This document shows, piece by piece, positions 25,486 to 40,494 of a DNA stretch of 64,000 nt. Origin of the DNA: Octopus vulgaris (taxonomy: Eukaryota); assembly GCA_951406725.2 (NCBI GenBank), contig OX597818.1:104532001-104596000 (forward strand). The letters are read 5' to 3'. The translations under genes and the position numbers were made by a program. The notes beneath the pieces were generated by a model that saw only the letters and a program-made list of their open reading frames with translations, made no database searches and was not told the DNA's origin. Every line of letters begins with the position of its first letter. The stretch's first letter is position 1.

Positions 25486-26188
25486 TCCCTATTACCTTTT
25501 TCTTAAGCGTATAGAGGTCGCCGAGGTCAACTTTGCCTTTCATCCTTTCGGGGTCGATTAAATGAGTACCAGTTACGCACTGGGGTTGATATAATCGACT
25601 TAATCCGTTTGTCTGTCCTTGTTTGTCCCCTCTGTGTTTAGCCCCTTGTGGGTAGTAAAGAAATAGGTATAGAGGTGGTTTTCAAAAACTTTCAAAAAAA
25701 TTGCTGAAAGACTCCGTTACATATGTATAGGAATATAAATATTTTACCTGATGCGTAAAATATACAGGACCCCTTCAACGATATTCAGACCGGAGGTACA
25801 ATGCCAACACAAGATGAAATAGTAAGGCATGTGCATCTCCATGGATTTTTACCCCAGATTTAGAGTAAAAACATATAAGGGCGATGGGTAGTAGCATCAT
25901 TAACAAAGCTGACCTCTGATTTGTTGTTACTTTTGTAAGACCGTATGAGCATTTCGACAGGTGATGATACATGTTATCAAAGGCAGTCAGAATGGATTAT
26001 GAGTTTCATTAACCCCTGAAACTTACAGAACTCTATCGGAGCTGTGTCTTGTCACAGATCTAAGAAAAAGTGCTTGAAACGCGTGTGCAGTAAAAAGGGC
26101 GTATTTTTGCCTTGAGAAACTGGAGAACATAAAGGAGGAAAGTGAGAAAAGAAAAAAGATAAAGAAGAAAAGAAAACAGCGGCAACAA

Positions 26189-26222
<34 letters not shown>

Positions 26223-27524
26223 CGTTCAAGAATTTGGACCTGGACATCTCCATTTTCAGCGACTTCGTGGGCCACCTCCCAGTGGTGTCGGGCGTCAACA
26301 AAGAGCCCTCGACTACAAGACGACCAAAGTTTTTTTTTCCCAAGATCTGAGGTCTCCTGCCCCTAAGCCCTAGACCATCACCTAATCCCGCTTAAGCGTC
26401 TTGTTGCTTAACAACAACAACAACAGCAGCAGATCTCATTCCGTAGTACATCATGGTCAATGTTTCGAAAATGGTGGAGCAGGTTATTGCAAGTTGGATT
26501 TGGAAATAAGCAACCAAATCGCTCGTTTACTGACAATAGACACCACCAGCATCTCTAATTCATCATCTTGAATCAAAGAGAATAAATGGAAGTTGAATGA
26601 GATTTCCAAAATAACGAAGAAGACAAAAATTGCAATAGAAAGGTCCACACCAAGATTACACGAACCCAAGCAAAAACAAAATTGGAAAGGTGAGAAAGAG
26701 TCCTCTGTAGGATAATATAATGTGTTATACGGTTATGCGGAATAATGAAGAGATCCTTAGGACCACATATTTCCAAGCAAGTGACACAATCGTTTGTAAT
26801 TTTTTTTTTCCGGAATAAGATTTATTAGAAAGGGAATATACACAATTGCCGCCCAGGTTATTAATAAAATGCTTACCAATATGAGCATTTAAAAGAAATT
26901 GTGTTCGAAAATTTTGGGATTTATGTAACCCGCTCTACACAAAAAATATTAACGGGCGCATTTGTTTGAACCACGTCTTTATTGGAAGAGAGACGAAGAG
27001 CATAGCTGTGGCGTGCTCTCGGTGAAACAGGCCAATGCTTTCTTAACCTGCTTGCACGTATGTAACCCTAAATAATATTTTTATCTTTATAACATTACAT
27101 CTTGTTTTAATTATTGTTTCATAATGTTTTTATATTTATTTAGAGTTTTCTTTTTTTAATTTTCTATTGCATAGAACGTGCTAGTTTCTTTATTCCTTTT
27201 TATACATCTTTGTCCAACCACCGCACGTATTGTAACTGCCAAGATTTTTAACGTTTATTGTATTGTATGCACGAGCCCTTTGTAGCTAATAAAAAAAAAA
27301 CAATTATTGCAGTTATTGTGTTTTCGTGGGGGCTGTTGATTTGTGTTATTATCATTGTTGTTGTGGTCATTGTTGTTGTTATAATTATTATTATTATTGG
27401 TAGCGATGGTGGTGGATCTAATAGTGGTGTTGTTATTATTAATGTTATTATGATTTCAGAAATTATCACCGCCATTGTTGTGTATATAGTTTTTGCTATT
27501 GCCATCGTTTATTACAACCAAGCG

Positions 27525-27591
<67 letters not shown>

Positions 27592-27656
27592 TGCTGTTGT
27601 TGTTGTTGTTGTTGGTGGTGGTGGTGATGTTGTTGTTGTCATTACTATTATTATTA

Positions 27657-27687
<31 letters not shown>

Positions 27688-28376
27688 CAATATCATTATC
27701 GTTGTTTTATTTCATCTTGTATTTATTTTTCTTTCTTTTCTTTATTTACCTTCATTTTAGAAATGTGGCAAAGGAAGAGAGGAAAAAAATAAAATTAGCA
27801 TTCAAAAAGAAGACAACAAGCTGCCATTTTAAACTTCTTTTCTTTCATTTCTCAAAAGAACTTGCCCAAATTATCAGCAACACTTAATGATGTTTGGAAG
27901 CAAACTGCGTTGGCAACAAGTTACTTTTGTTGGCACAAATTCTAACGAAACTCGTGATAATGTATAAACATATTTGAAAGAAAATTTCCGAAGAATATTC
28001 TTTTCGAAAAGATAATAAAATTGTGGTAACCGCCGTTACCTAGTAACTCGTTCTTAACGAATAGGAAAACACTTTATAGAATTGCTTGTGGCATATTAAA
28101 GGTTTCTGTTCTTTCATTGGTAGAAATATATAAATAACTTTTGGTTGGAACTAATTAGATGAAGTTATCTGTGAATCTCTAGACCTCCAGTCCAAAAATA
28201 ATCAAATTCTTCGCATATTAACCCTGTTGCATTTTCACTACTTTTGTAATTGTAGGTAGACATTAACTATTGGGTATTTAACAAGACTATAATTAAAAGA
28301 CATACATAAAACCTCAATTACATATGTATGTATGCATGTATGCATTTATGTATGGACATATATATGTATGTTTGAA

Positions 28377-28605
28377 GGCGGCGAGCTGGCAGAAACGTTA
28401 GCACGCCGGGCGAAATGCGTAGCCGTATTTCGTCTGCCGTTACGTTCTGAGTTCAAATTCCGCCGAGGTCGACTTTGCCTTTCATCCTTTCGGGGTCGAT
28501 AAATTAAGTACCAGTTACGCACTGGGGACGATATAATCGACTTAATCCGTTTGCCTGTCCTTGTTTGTCCCCTCTGTGTTTGGCCCCTTGTGGGTAGTAA
28601 AGAAA
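28377..28605 (+). mobile_element. SINE family B, near-consensus
   Basis: Nearly identical to 34379-34610 and to the 3' part at 25515-25668. Confidence 0.9.
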
Positions 28606-29559
28606 TATATATATGTATGTATTTATGTATATGCATCTGCATGTATGTATACATGTGTATATGTATATATATATATGTATGTATATTTGCATATGTACAT
28701 ACGTATCTAAATATATATGTGTCAGTGTGTGTGTGTACAAGCGTTCGTGAGGTTCTCTACGAATATAAACAAAGCACAAACGTTAAGCTTACAGTTGTTT
28801 TATTTAACAGTGGAATCCATATGATCTCTCAAACATTTTATTTTAATTTTATTGACACATCCTTCATTCATTGGATTGCGCCCATATGCCCTTGCTGGAG
28901 CACAACGTTGTAGAGTATAATTGACGATATGTATCCTATAGCTAATTATTTCTGAAGTTTCCTGAGCTCATTCCTGCACCGACCATATCAAAATACGACA
29001 TACCAATACAATAGCTTACCCTTGAGATTTGTCGATGAATTTGGCAGCAAAGACTATATAGAACATACAAAGCGAATCTTCAAAGAACCGATAAAACAAG
29101 TACTAGATTTTAAATAATCCTGTTATCGAGTTCTTCGATTAACCATATAAAGCCACGCCCCTGCATGACTATAATCCAATGTCTGGAATATTTAAAAGAG
29201 TGTATCAACTTATCCAGTCCCTATGTTCAGTGAATCACTGTACTTATGGATCAATGTCTTCTCATACCACAACTGACAGCGCAAAAGTATGTGATCATCT
29301 TTGCCTTATCGCGTCTGTTTTAACTTTTACTTCGACAACACAATCGCAACCTGTATTGATTATACATCTAGAGTGTTAAATAATTATTAACTTCTATTTC
29401 AGTCTTGATAAATAGTCAATTAATGAGAACGACTCTAACGTAATATCAAGTAGAATAATAACAAAGGATAGTCATACAGACATGAGCAACAGTGTGGAGT
29501 TAATATAGCGATATACATAAATGAAAAATTCTGGAAGTTCAAATACGCAGATTTGCGAC

Positions 29560-29815
29560 TGGAATCGATACCAACCAAGGAGCTGAAAGCCACTGCATTG
29601 TTTCAAAGATCCTGTCATCTACATCCAGAGTAAAGACACAGAACTGTGACAACTTATGTTTCAAGGGCCCACAAATTTAAACATTCTGCAACACAATCTC
29701 AGAGTTCACTGAGGTGTAAATATGGATGATTTCAAAGACCATTTGAATAAGCTGTTATTCGAGGTGTCAGATAAATCCATTTTGCAGCTGAAAACACAAA
29801 GAAGAAAAGCTTAAC
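29560..29815 (+). mobile_element. Decayed CR1-like ORF2 C-terminal fragment
   Basis: HCIVSKILSSTSRVKTQNCDNLCFKGPQ..MDDFKDHLNKLLFEVSDK resembles the CR1 C-terminus (compare 5450-5505). Confidence 0.55.
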
Positions 29816-30039
29816 TTGCTACTTCGCCAGAATCAGTTCTAGAAAGAAAGCCAGGAAGTGATTGTCAAAAAAAAAAAGGAAAAACATCACATAAAATATC
29901 GTACTCCAGTAAAATTAGAAGCTTATGAACAAATGACTCGGCCTTTTTAAATGTCAACAGAATTATATTCTAATTTGTTAGCGATCACTTCTCGATCCAA
30001 CACTTGTATATATATAAAGCAATATAAAAAAGCCTTCGA

Positions 30040-30425
30040 CGACGAGCTGGTATAATCTTTAGCACGCTGGACGAAATGCTTAGCGGTATTTCACCACTTC
30101 TGTATTCACATTCCGCCGTGATTGACTTTGTCTTTCATCCTTTCGGAGTCGATTAAATAAGTACCAGTTACGCACTGGGGTCGATATAATCGACTTAATC
30201 CGTTTGGCTGTCCTTGTTTATCCTTTCTGTGTTTAGCCCCTTGTGGGTAGTAAAGACATAGGTATTTCGTCTGCCGTTACGTTCTGAGTTCAAATTCCGC
30301 CGAGGTCGACTTTGCCTTTCATCCTTTCTGGGTCGATAAATTAAGTACCTGTTGCGTACTGAGGTTGATCTAATCGACTGCACCCCCACTTCCCAAAAAT
30401 TTCAGGCCTTGTGCGAAGAAAAGAA
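30040..30425 (+). mobile_element. SINE family B, dimeric form
   Basis: Second unit restarts at GGTATTTCGTCTG (30261); same structure at 34379-34778. Confidence 0.85.
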
Positions 30426-30456
30426 TATATAAAGACTTGATATTACATTATATACA

Positions 30457-30660
30457 TACAAGTTGATGCTAAAACGTTCCTGGCTTTAAGGGTATCACGA
30501 AGGCCTGGCTGGAGTCCAACCATCCGAGACCTGTTTCAGAACTTGGAAAAGCGGAAGGATCGTGAATCTGAGAAGCGAATATGTTGAATAAAATCACGAT
30601 TAACTGATCCACCTGAATTTTCTTTAATCCAAAGCCAGGAACTTTTCAGCACGCCTCATA
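30457..30660. mobile_element. Mariner-type MITE
   Basis: TIR cores GCTAAAACGTTCCTGGCTTT / AAAGCCAGGAACTTTTCAGC; TA at both ends. Confidence 0.65.
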
Positions 30661-31659
30661 CGAGCATGCAGATATGCATGTGTGCATACATACAAGTATG
30701 CATATATAAATATGTATATATATGTATATATATACATATGTATGTATATATACATATATATATATACACATATATGTATATATATGTATATATATGTATA
30801 TATATATACACATATATGTATATATATGTATATATATGTGTATATATATGTATATATATGTATATATATACATATAAATGTATATATATGTATATATATA
30901 TACATATATATGTATATATATGTATATATATGTATATATATATATACATATATATACATATATATACACATATATGTATTTATATGTATATATATATATG
31001 TATATATATATATATGTATATATATATATACACACGTGCATATATGCATTCATTCATATACTTGTATATACATGCATACATACGAACGTACACTCATAAC
31101 ATAACAACATATCAGAACAAATATCCGCTCTATGGTATTAGAGATTACCATAAGTATTTGTTAGTATTATCAAAAGCTCTCCAAAGATATCATCATGGTA
31201 TCTTCTCTAAACATGATATCATTAGAAGGAAAAAAAAACACACTTTGTTATCAAAAAAGGTTTCATTATATAAAGATATAAATGCTTCTTGTAACATAAA
31301 CAGTGTTAAAAGATACAGGTAAAAGGAAATAATAATATTAATAATAATAATAATAAATCTTGAGAGAACCTGCTGTCTAATATATCAGTTATGTAATATA
31401 TAAACACAGCTTATTCACCATCTTAGACAAAGGCAGTACAATATGGAAGAATGTGCTTGTTAAGCTGTCAAATAAACATGATATGATAAAAACAAAATGG
31501 AATAACGTTGATGTCTTTGCACAACTATAGAAAAACTCACAAATAATAAACTAGCATATTTACTAGTAGCAGAAGAAAGGTTAGCTTATTGAGCTTACAG
31601 CTGCCAATATGAAGATTATATATGCAACTACTCTTCTAATATCGTCGCCAAGTAGTAAC

Positions 31660-31672
31660 CAGATAGATAGAC

Positions 31673-31768
<96 letters not shown>
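31660..31768. repeat. (GATA)n microsatellite; also 33550-33780 and 48305-48690 (the latter interrupted by recurrent GGGTAGTTTAAT)
   Basis: Directly visible. Confidence 0.95.
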
Positions 31769-31770
<2 letters not shown>

Positions 31771-32094
31771 AAGCAACAAAGTGTTATACAAGCATTCAGT
31801 TATGAGTTCATTGCAACTTATTACAGAAACAGCTGTTAGCTAATGATGCCCCTGACATAATTTCTCGTTCCTTTTTATTTATTTAAAATTTTATGTCTTG
31901 GACTCGCCCTTTTTTTTTTCCTGAAGCATATTTATATTGAGTTCTAACACCAGATTATTAATATCGATATATATAATCGAAATATTAAGACAGACAAACA
32001 AACAGACAATCTGAGGTTATAAGATGATACGCAAGCGCTCAAATAGAGCGCATTCCATCTAATACCAGAGATGTTGTTCTTGTTTGTCCATTCC

Positions 32095-32381
32095 CGAGCC
32101 ATGCCTTGCTCATAAGGGCTGGTCTCTCGGTTTCATTGGCGTATATGTTCCCCCACCTGGACGGGACGCCGGTCCGTCACAGGTGAGTTACTAGATGAAG
32201 GAGGAAAGAGTGAGAGAAAGTTGTAACGAAAGAATCATGAGAGGTTCGCCATTACCTTCTGCCGGAGCTGCGTGGCGCGTAGATGTTTCGCTCATAAACA
32301 AACTTCGACCGATCTAAGATTCGAACCCGCGAACCTTCAACCGCAAGTTTGTTGCTCTAACCACTAGGCTATATGCCTCCG
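32095..32381 (-). mobile_element. SINE family C, diverged; same tail type as the 9680 copy
   Basis: Shared ACGGGACGCC tail motif and head. Confidence 0.75.
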
Positions 32382-32486
32382 CAATACCAGAAATGGTATT
32401 TCTTGTTCCCTTGTCATTAGTTGTTACGTTTTGTCCTCGAATAGTATTTTCTTCAAACATGTATGTGTGTGTGTGTGTGTGTGTGT

Positions 32487-32858
32487 GTGGAGGCGCAATG
32501 GTCTAGTGGTTAGGGCAGCGAACTCGTGGTTGTAGGATCGTGGTTTCGATTTCCAGACCGGTCGTTGTGAGTGTTTAGTGAGCGAAACACCTAAAAGCTC
32601 TACGAGGCTCCGGCAGAGGGCAGGGGCGAACCCTGCTGTACTCTTTCAACTCAACTTTCTCTCACTCTTTCTTCCTGTTTCTGTTGGTTCTATATTTCAA
32701 AGGGCCAGCCTTGTCACTCTCTGTGAATCTCCCCAAGAACTACGTTAAGGGTACACGGGTCTGTGGAGTACTCTGCCACTTGCATGTTAATTTCACGAGC
32801 AGGCTGTTCCAGTGATCGGTTCAATTACAGCCCTCGTTGTCGTTACCGACGGAGAGTC
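32487..32858 (+). mobile_element. SINE family C with a third tail type
   Basis: Head GGAGGCGCAATGGTCTAGTGGTTAGGGCAG..GGTTTCGATTTCC. Confidence 0.85.
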
Positions 32859-33055
32859 ACAATGAATGCCAAGCAGTACAGCATGTCGTTTCAAGATTTC
32901 TGGCAGAGTGAATTGCGTCATGGTGCTGGTCTTCTCACAGAAGGTGCCCAACTGATCCTACTATGCTGTGTAGTCGAAACAATCAAAAACAAACAATACT
33001 CATGCGCAAAATTAAAAATATGATCTATGAAATATGTAATGGCATGACGGCACAT

Positions 33056-33103
<48 letters not shown>

Positions 33104-33184
33104 GGTGTGTGTGTGTATAATGTGCCTTCATCGCCATTACATATTCTTCGCCATGTTGGACCGCTGTATTCTACAAGTTTTTTT

Positions 33185-33340
33185 TCTTATTCTCTCTCTG
33201 TTTATTTTCTCTTATTCCTTTCTGTTGAATGGCGTAGGTTCGAAACGTAAAAGACATTTTCTTTTTCTCACATGACAAACTATAACAGTTGCTTCTTTAT
33301 ACACTTGTCTTCTTTTGTTTCTCTATAAATTTCAACTATA
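33185..33340 (+). mobile_element. Penelope-like terminal-repeat fragment (TCTGTTGAATGGCGTAGGTTCGAAACGTAAAAGAC)
   Basis: Homologous to 19085-19250 and 6777-6905; runs into TA/TG repeats. Confidence 0.6.
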
Positions 33341-33355
33341 TATATGTGCATGCAT

Positions 33356-33435
<80 letters not shown>

Positions 33436-33549
33436 ATGTATGTGTATGTCTATATACATAGCATCGATGATGAGAGACAAAGACCGCTGGAGAGAACTCG
33501 TCCATGGATCTGGGGAATTTTACACGCCTTTGATATATATACACATTAT

Positions 33550-33627
<78 letters not shown>

Positions 33628-33681
33628 CTATTACCAGATTATTAGTATCGATGCCTGATATGTGTATATATATATATATAT

Positions 33682-33779
<98 letters not shown>

Positions 33780-34378
33780 CGATTTTAATGATGATTATAC
33801 CACTCTACATGACTTTTTCTACCTCCACACACAGATACGCTTCGAACTCTCACCTTTCACTATATCATCAGTTTCATCTGAAAACCTTGCAGAAACGTAG
33901 ATACTCTAAGCTACTGTACATTTAGAACATGTATCTGACTCCGAATTTACTAAATACTTATGATATTCGAGATTACGGAAAAAACAAAACTTCACAGAAT
34001 CATTTTTTATCCGTAAACAAAGAATTCTATTCAAGCTATCATCATATAAAGTTTAATTCTAACGATTGCTAGAATATTCTAAATGGCTGCTGTCATCGTA
34101 TAAAACAATGCACCTGCTCCAAACATTTAGAGTTTTCTCCAAAAAGCAGCATTTATGTTGATACTAAACTCGTCACTCAACAACACTCTTTCAAGCTAAA
34201 TTAGATTCTTTTTCTGCTTATCGGCTCGAAAATATGTTACTCTCATTCATACATTTTTAATAACTAACAGCGTCTGTTGTCTAGTGTCCTAACAGCACTT
34301 TAATGAATCATGTCTTTTAGACCCTAAGCTAACTAATTTTATTTTATCTTTTATCTTGTACTATTTTTTTGTCAGTAA

Positions 34379-34778
34379 GGCGGCGAGCAGGCTGAAACGT
34401 TAGCACGCCGGGCGAAATGCGTAGCCGTATTTCGTCTGCCGTTATGTGCTGAGTTCAAATTCCGCCGAGGTCGACTTTGCCTTTCATCCTTTCAGGGTCG
34501 ATTAAATACGTACCAGTTACGCACTGGGGACGATATAATCGACTTAATCCGTTTGCCTGTCCTTGTTTGTCCCCTCTGTATGTGGCCCTTTGTGGGTAGT
34601 ACAAAAATAGGTATTTCGTCTGTCTTAACCTTCTGAGTTCAATTTCCGCCGAGGTTGACTTTGCCATTCATCCTTTCGAGGTCGATAAATTATGTACCAG
34701 TTGCGTACTGGAGTCGGTCTAATCGATTGGTTCCCTCCGACAAAATTTCGGGCCATGTACCTAGAGTAGAAAAGAATA
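34379..34778 (+). mobile_element. SINE family B, dimeric form
   Basis: Same structure as the 30040 copy. Confidence 0.88.
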
Positions 34779-34780
34779 TT

Positions 34781-35193
34781 TTTGTCATTAGACTGTGGCC
34801 ATGTTGGGGCAGCACATTGATAAATTTAATCAAATAAATCGGCTCAAGTACTTAATTTTTTAAAACTTCGTATTTATTTTATTGATCTGTTTTGCCAAAC
34901 TGCTAGGTTACGTTGATGTAAATACACTAAGGCGGGTTTTCCAGCAATGGGGAGACAAACACTCATACATGCACACACACAAACACACACGCATTCACAC
35001 ATACATACACACGCACTTACATATATACATATATAGGACGGGATTCTTTCAGTTTCTACCAAATCCATTCAGAAGGCTTTGGTTGGCGCGACACTACAGA
35101 AACGACACCTACCTAAAGTGCCACTTAGTGGAAGTGAACTTGGAACAATATGTTTGGCAAGCAAACTTCTAACCACACACCCACACCTGCGCC
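34781..35193 (-). mobile_element. SINE family A, diverged
   Basis: Reverse complement of family A motifs. Confidence 0.75.
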
Positions 35194-37814
35194 AATAAAT
35201 TGGGTCTTACAACAGCAGAGTGTGGAGACGCAATGGCCCAGTGGTTAGGGCAGCGGACTCGCGGTCGCAAGAACGCGGTTTCGATTCCCAGTCCGGGCAT
35301 TGTGAGTGTTTATTGAGTAGGCTAGAATTAGGGATTATTCTTTGTGGGTAGTGGCGTGAGTCCTGATTGGAAGAAGAAGAAGAAGATAGCGGAGGAACTT
35401 GATGAAGTCGCGACCCTCGTATCACATAAAAAGCAGATGCCTACCGACTGGGCTATGCTCAATCATTTCTAACCAGAACTATATATCTTTGAACAAGCCC
35501 CTTTATGCTTCAATATACTCCTTGACATTACGAACCGAGAACTTTGCTTTACTCATTTAGTCAGATCATCGAACCTAGAAGGCCCTGAAAAGATTTATGA
35601 GCATTCATTTTCCTTCTGCTGCTGTTGATGAATTAAAACAATTATGTTTTTAGAAATTGCATTTTACTGCAGACAGAATGAAATTGCTTAATTCTAATTA
35701 ATCGTCAGCGGGGAGCATTCACCAATCGCATTATATAATTTAACTATCAATCAACGAAGCCCCCATTTACAAAAATAAGATAATGTAATTTTTCAGTTCA
35801 CAATGAAACTACGTAATCACTTAAGCTACTTAAAATGTGTATCAATCTTATTTAACTTGTGAAAAATATCAAATCATTTAGAAATATTAACACTTAAATA
35901 TATTTTATTGTAAAGTAGTGCTGAGTGTCATAGATTAAGTGTTAAAATTCTACCCGAACCTAATCTACAATATTTTATTTTCCGAATGTAATCTACCAAT
36001 GTAATATGCCGCACATTGACTTCACGCATTTAATGGAAAAAGTTATGATCATAATAACATTCTATTTCGCTTATATTTTTCTTCAGCAGTTAATCAAAGT
36101 CATTGAATTTACTAAAATATAAAGAAATATAATAGTTTCGTTGAGTAAAGAAACAACTCTGAACGAATCAGATGGGAAAATACAATTTCTAATCCCTGAT
36201 TAGATCCTACATACATCATGACGATTTCCTAAAATCGTTTTAAAGTTGTATTAATGTTATAGCTATTGATTTGCTCCATCGATAGGAAACTTGTTGGCTC
36301 CATATTGTTTTTCTTCTAACAGCGATCATCTGGACCGGAACTCAAGGTAACATATATCTCACTTAACCAACAGAACAGCCACTACTTTGGACGGTTGAGA
36401 TTTTTTTTGTGGGAGGTCTTTTTGGCTAAGATTTCTATTTACAGATATGTCGACTGTTTTAGTTATAGATTTAAGAGACAAAACCTGAGAATACAACAAT
36501 ATAGAGACTACTATCCTCTCAGTTATCACCCCTCTCTCTCTCTCTCTTTCTCTCTCTCTCTTTCTCTCTCTCTCTCTTTCTCTCTCTCTCTTTCTCTCTC
36601 TCTCTTTCTCTCTCTCCCACTCTCCCACTCTGAGTTCATGCTATATGTCTAACATAATCTACCGCCAGTTATTTCTATTATCACTTGAATAACTTACTTT
36701 TCACAAGCTTCTAGAAGAAACATAAATGTTCGACTGAGTTAAGCTCTTTCGTTCCTATGTGTATTTCCCCTTTTTTTAAAAAGTGCCAAAGGTGTTGTGA
36801 TGGGCGCCAAGAACTTAAAAGTACAAAACTAAACACTGGTAATTTACGTCGATAAAGCTCCGTTTGTGGCAATTCCTTGCTATGTCTTTATAAGTAAATT
36901 AAATATTACCTACTATAACAATTTAATTCCAAATTGAAGTCTGTAACTTTATTTTTTTTCTTAGATAGAATATGTTTCGATATATTCTAGTCCTTAAACC
37001 TTTTGAAAAAAAAGGAAGATTTACAATTTCTCGTTTGATAGCGAGAAAGCCAGCTGTAAACTGTGTCCCATGGGGCTAAATCACAGCGACATTTGAGCTA
37101 AACCAGGTCTGCCATATTATGTTGGCAAACAGTACTGTTGCTGAATATCTCACATTGTGAGATTTCTAGATCCTGATGTTCAAAATTGTGCCAAATTTCA
37201 TACAGTACTATTTTAAAAAGTGGACGACTCCTAATATCAATATCCTTTCTACACTAGGCACAAGGCATGGAATTTGTGTGGAGGAAGATAGTCAATCACA
37301 TCGACACTAGTACTTCAGTAGTACTTAATTTATCGACCCCGAAGTGATGTAAGTCGAACTCAGATCGTAGCGACGAGCGAAATACCGGTAAGCATTTTGT
37401 CCAGCGTGATAACGGTTCTGCCAGCTCTCTGCTTTAGCATCAGTATGTACACAAACAACATAACCAACGTTAGCCGTCACTTGTAAGCGGGCATGATATT
37501 ATTGCGTGCATTCTGTACCATGTTAGCGATAATTATATTCGTACCTACGTATTCCAGCATAGGCATGGGTAAAGCCTGGGCCCTCTTTACTTGGTACAGC
37601 GAAATATCAATTATACCAAGTATATGGCAGCGGGAGATAAAGAGAGGGAGAGAGAGTCAGTGACAGAGAGAGAGGCGGTGATAGATCTGCACCAGAACTC
37701 GGATACTTTTGATTTTCAGCTGAGTGATCTGGTGGAATGATAAATGAAGCATCTTGCTCAAGGACATAACGTGCTACCCAGACTAGGAATTTGCACAGAA
37801 GGCGTATAGAACAT

Positions 37815-37978
37815 AAGCGTAGGAGTGGCTGTGTGGCAAGTAGCTTGCTTACGAACCACATGGTTCCGGGTTTAGTCCCACTGCGTAGCACCTTGAGCAA
37901 GTGTCTTTTACTATAGCCTGGGACCGACCAAAGACTTGTGAGTGTATTTGGTTGACGGAAACAGAAAGAAACCCGTCG

Positions 37979-38061
<83 letters not shown>

Positions 38062-38292
38062 ATGTATGTATGTGTGTGTGTATGTTTGTGTATCTGTGTT
38101 TGTCCCCTCAACACCGCTTGACAACCGATGCTGGTGTGTTTACGTCCCCGTAACTTAGCGGTTCGGCGAAGAGAACTATAGAATAAGTACTAGGCTTACA
38201 AAGAATAAGTCCTGGAGTCGATTTGGTCGACTAAAGGCGGTGCTCCAGCATGGCCACAGTCAAATGACTGAAATAAGCAAAAGAGTAAAAGA
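37815..38292 (+). mobile_element. SINE family A, full length
   Basis: Complete head, internal (TA)(TG) tract, GAGTAAAA tail. Confidence 0.9.
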
Positions 38293-39249
38293 GGAATCTA
38301 TTGCAAACCTTTCTAAACCATTTAACCCTCAGCCGTATATATTTTGTTACGTACCTTCCCCAATTTCTTGCAAAAATATTTAATTTATAATCCCTCTATA
38401 AAACAAAATCTTCTTTGCAACCAAAAGGCTATGTTTAAGATAGAGTGTTAGTTCTATAACACACACACACAAAGAGGGGCACGCAAATATATAGACACAT
38501 ACATCTAGTATGTAGCTATGTGGACAGGTACACATTTGTGCATGTTGGCGTATATGTATATGAGTGTTTCTAGAGTATAAAAGACGCCATAGATAATTAT
38601 AGATGGCAGCGTACTTTATCGTGTTTGGCACTGTTAGATAATATGTATTAATAAAATTAAGAGCGAAATGAAAATAAAAAGTAAAACAGAGAAGTCAGGT
38701 CGAGATAAATAAAAAATTTTAACAAAACGGGAAACTATGCATAAATGAATTATAGCATTTTTTTGGTCTTATATGTAGAATTTTTATATTTTATTCATAA
38801 TAATTATTCCTTTACATTTTATTATTCCACGGTCTTATATGTTTGCAAATTCTCACCGCCGGGTTTTATCGAATACTTTCGAAGAGTATTCATATTTTTC
38901 CTTCCCAAAGCAACTAAAATTCACATTTGTAAAATAAAATAAAATTTTCAAATATTCAATGTTTTATATTTGATGTTGTATAAATAAATATCATTATTTT
39001 TTCCGACTCCCACGAAGTATCCTATTACATCTATCTGCCCAAGTAGCAATTTTTCCCCTCTATCCTCCTTCTCCTTTCCCCTCCTTCTCTATCTCTCTCC
39101 CACTCTCTTATACACACACAGACACACACACACGCACACACACATAAACATATATATATATAATCCAAATAAGATAAAGAAATGCTTTAACATTTCTTTA
39201 ATATATATGCATATTTATTCAATTGTTTATATGTGTGTATGTATGTATT

Positions 39250-39280
<31 letters not shown>

Positions 39281-39533
39281 ATATGTATGTATATATGTAT
39301 AAATGTATGTATATATATATGTATGTATATATATATATATATATATAATATATATATGTACATATATATGTATATATGTATATATATGTATATACGTATG
39401 TATATGTATATGTATGTATATATGTATGTATATATATATGTATGTATATATATGTATATACGTATGTATATATGTATATATATATATATATGTATATGTG
39501 TATGTATATATATGTATGCATATATGTATGTAT

Positions 39534-39564
<31 letters not shown>

Positions 39565-39676
39565 TATATATATGTATATATGTATATATGTATGTATATA
39601 TGTATGTATAAATATATATGTATATATGTATGTATATATATATATATGTATGTATATATATGTATATATATATACG

Positions 39677-39725
<49 letters not shown>

Positions 39726-39808
39726 GGTGTCTGAAGCGAAAATAATATATGGATTTTTCTAATGAAAAAATAAACTCAACGTATATTTGTTTCTTTGCGG
39801 GTGTGTGG

Positions 39809-39866
<58 letters not shown>

Positions 39867-40494
39867 ATGCTTTTAGTCGACTTCAAATTTAGATTTTCAT
39901 ATAAATCTGTATGATATTCATGACTTACTCAAACACATAATAGTAATAAGTTTGCTTCAACGATATATCACATGCCTGAATATGAAGGAAACGCAAAATT
40001 TGAAGCAGCTTAATACATTAACAGTAAAAGATATTTTAAAAGAAAGTTTGAAATATATACAGAAATATAAAAGAGATTAGGTGACGTTCAGGCTTTATAC
40101 GTCACTATCCAAATCTCAAACTGTATCAGATGCTGTACGACCACATATCGCTCAATGCGCCGTATTCGGAGAAGGGCACATAACTCTTGACAAATCGGTA
40201 TGTTAAATTCACAAGGATAGCTTTCTGATATTGTTGATGTATTATAAAAGATATAGCTAAAGTCTGGGTAGCAACAGGCATAGTCAACATTTCTCTTTAT
40301 TTTTCCTCATAAATTCTGATGTTTATAGGGAAAAGAAGGAAATAAAACAAAACCATTAACCTTTTTCTCTAATCATATTTACAAATTACCTATTTCTCTG
40401 ACAGTCCTACCCTCGCTTCTTCCGCTCTCAATATATTATACATATATTTATAAAGTATGCATAAATGCGTGTTTGCTCATATATATATATATAT

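Noticed and set aside
36690-36890. Possible - strand exon ending at a GTAAGT donor
   Set aside because: No convincing ORF or acceptor.
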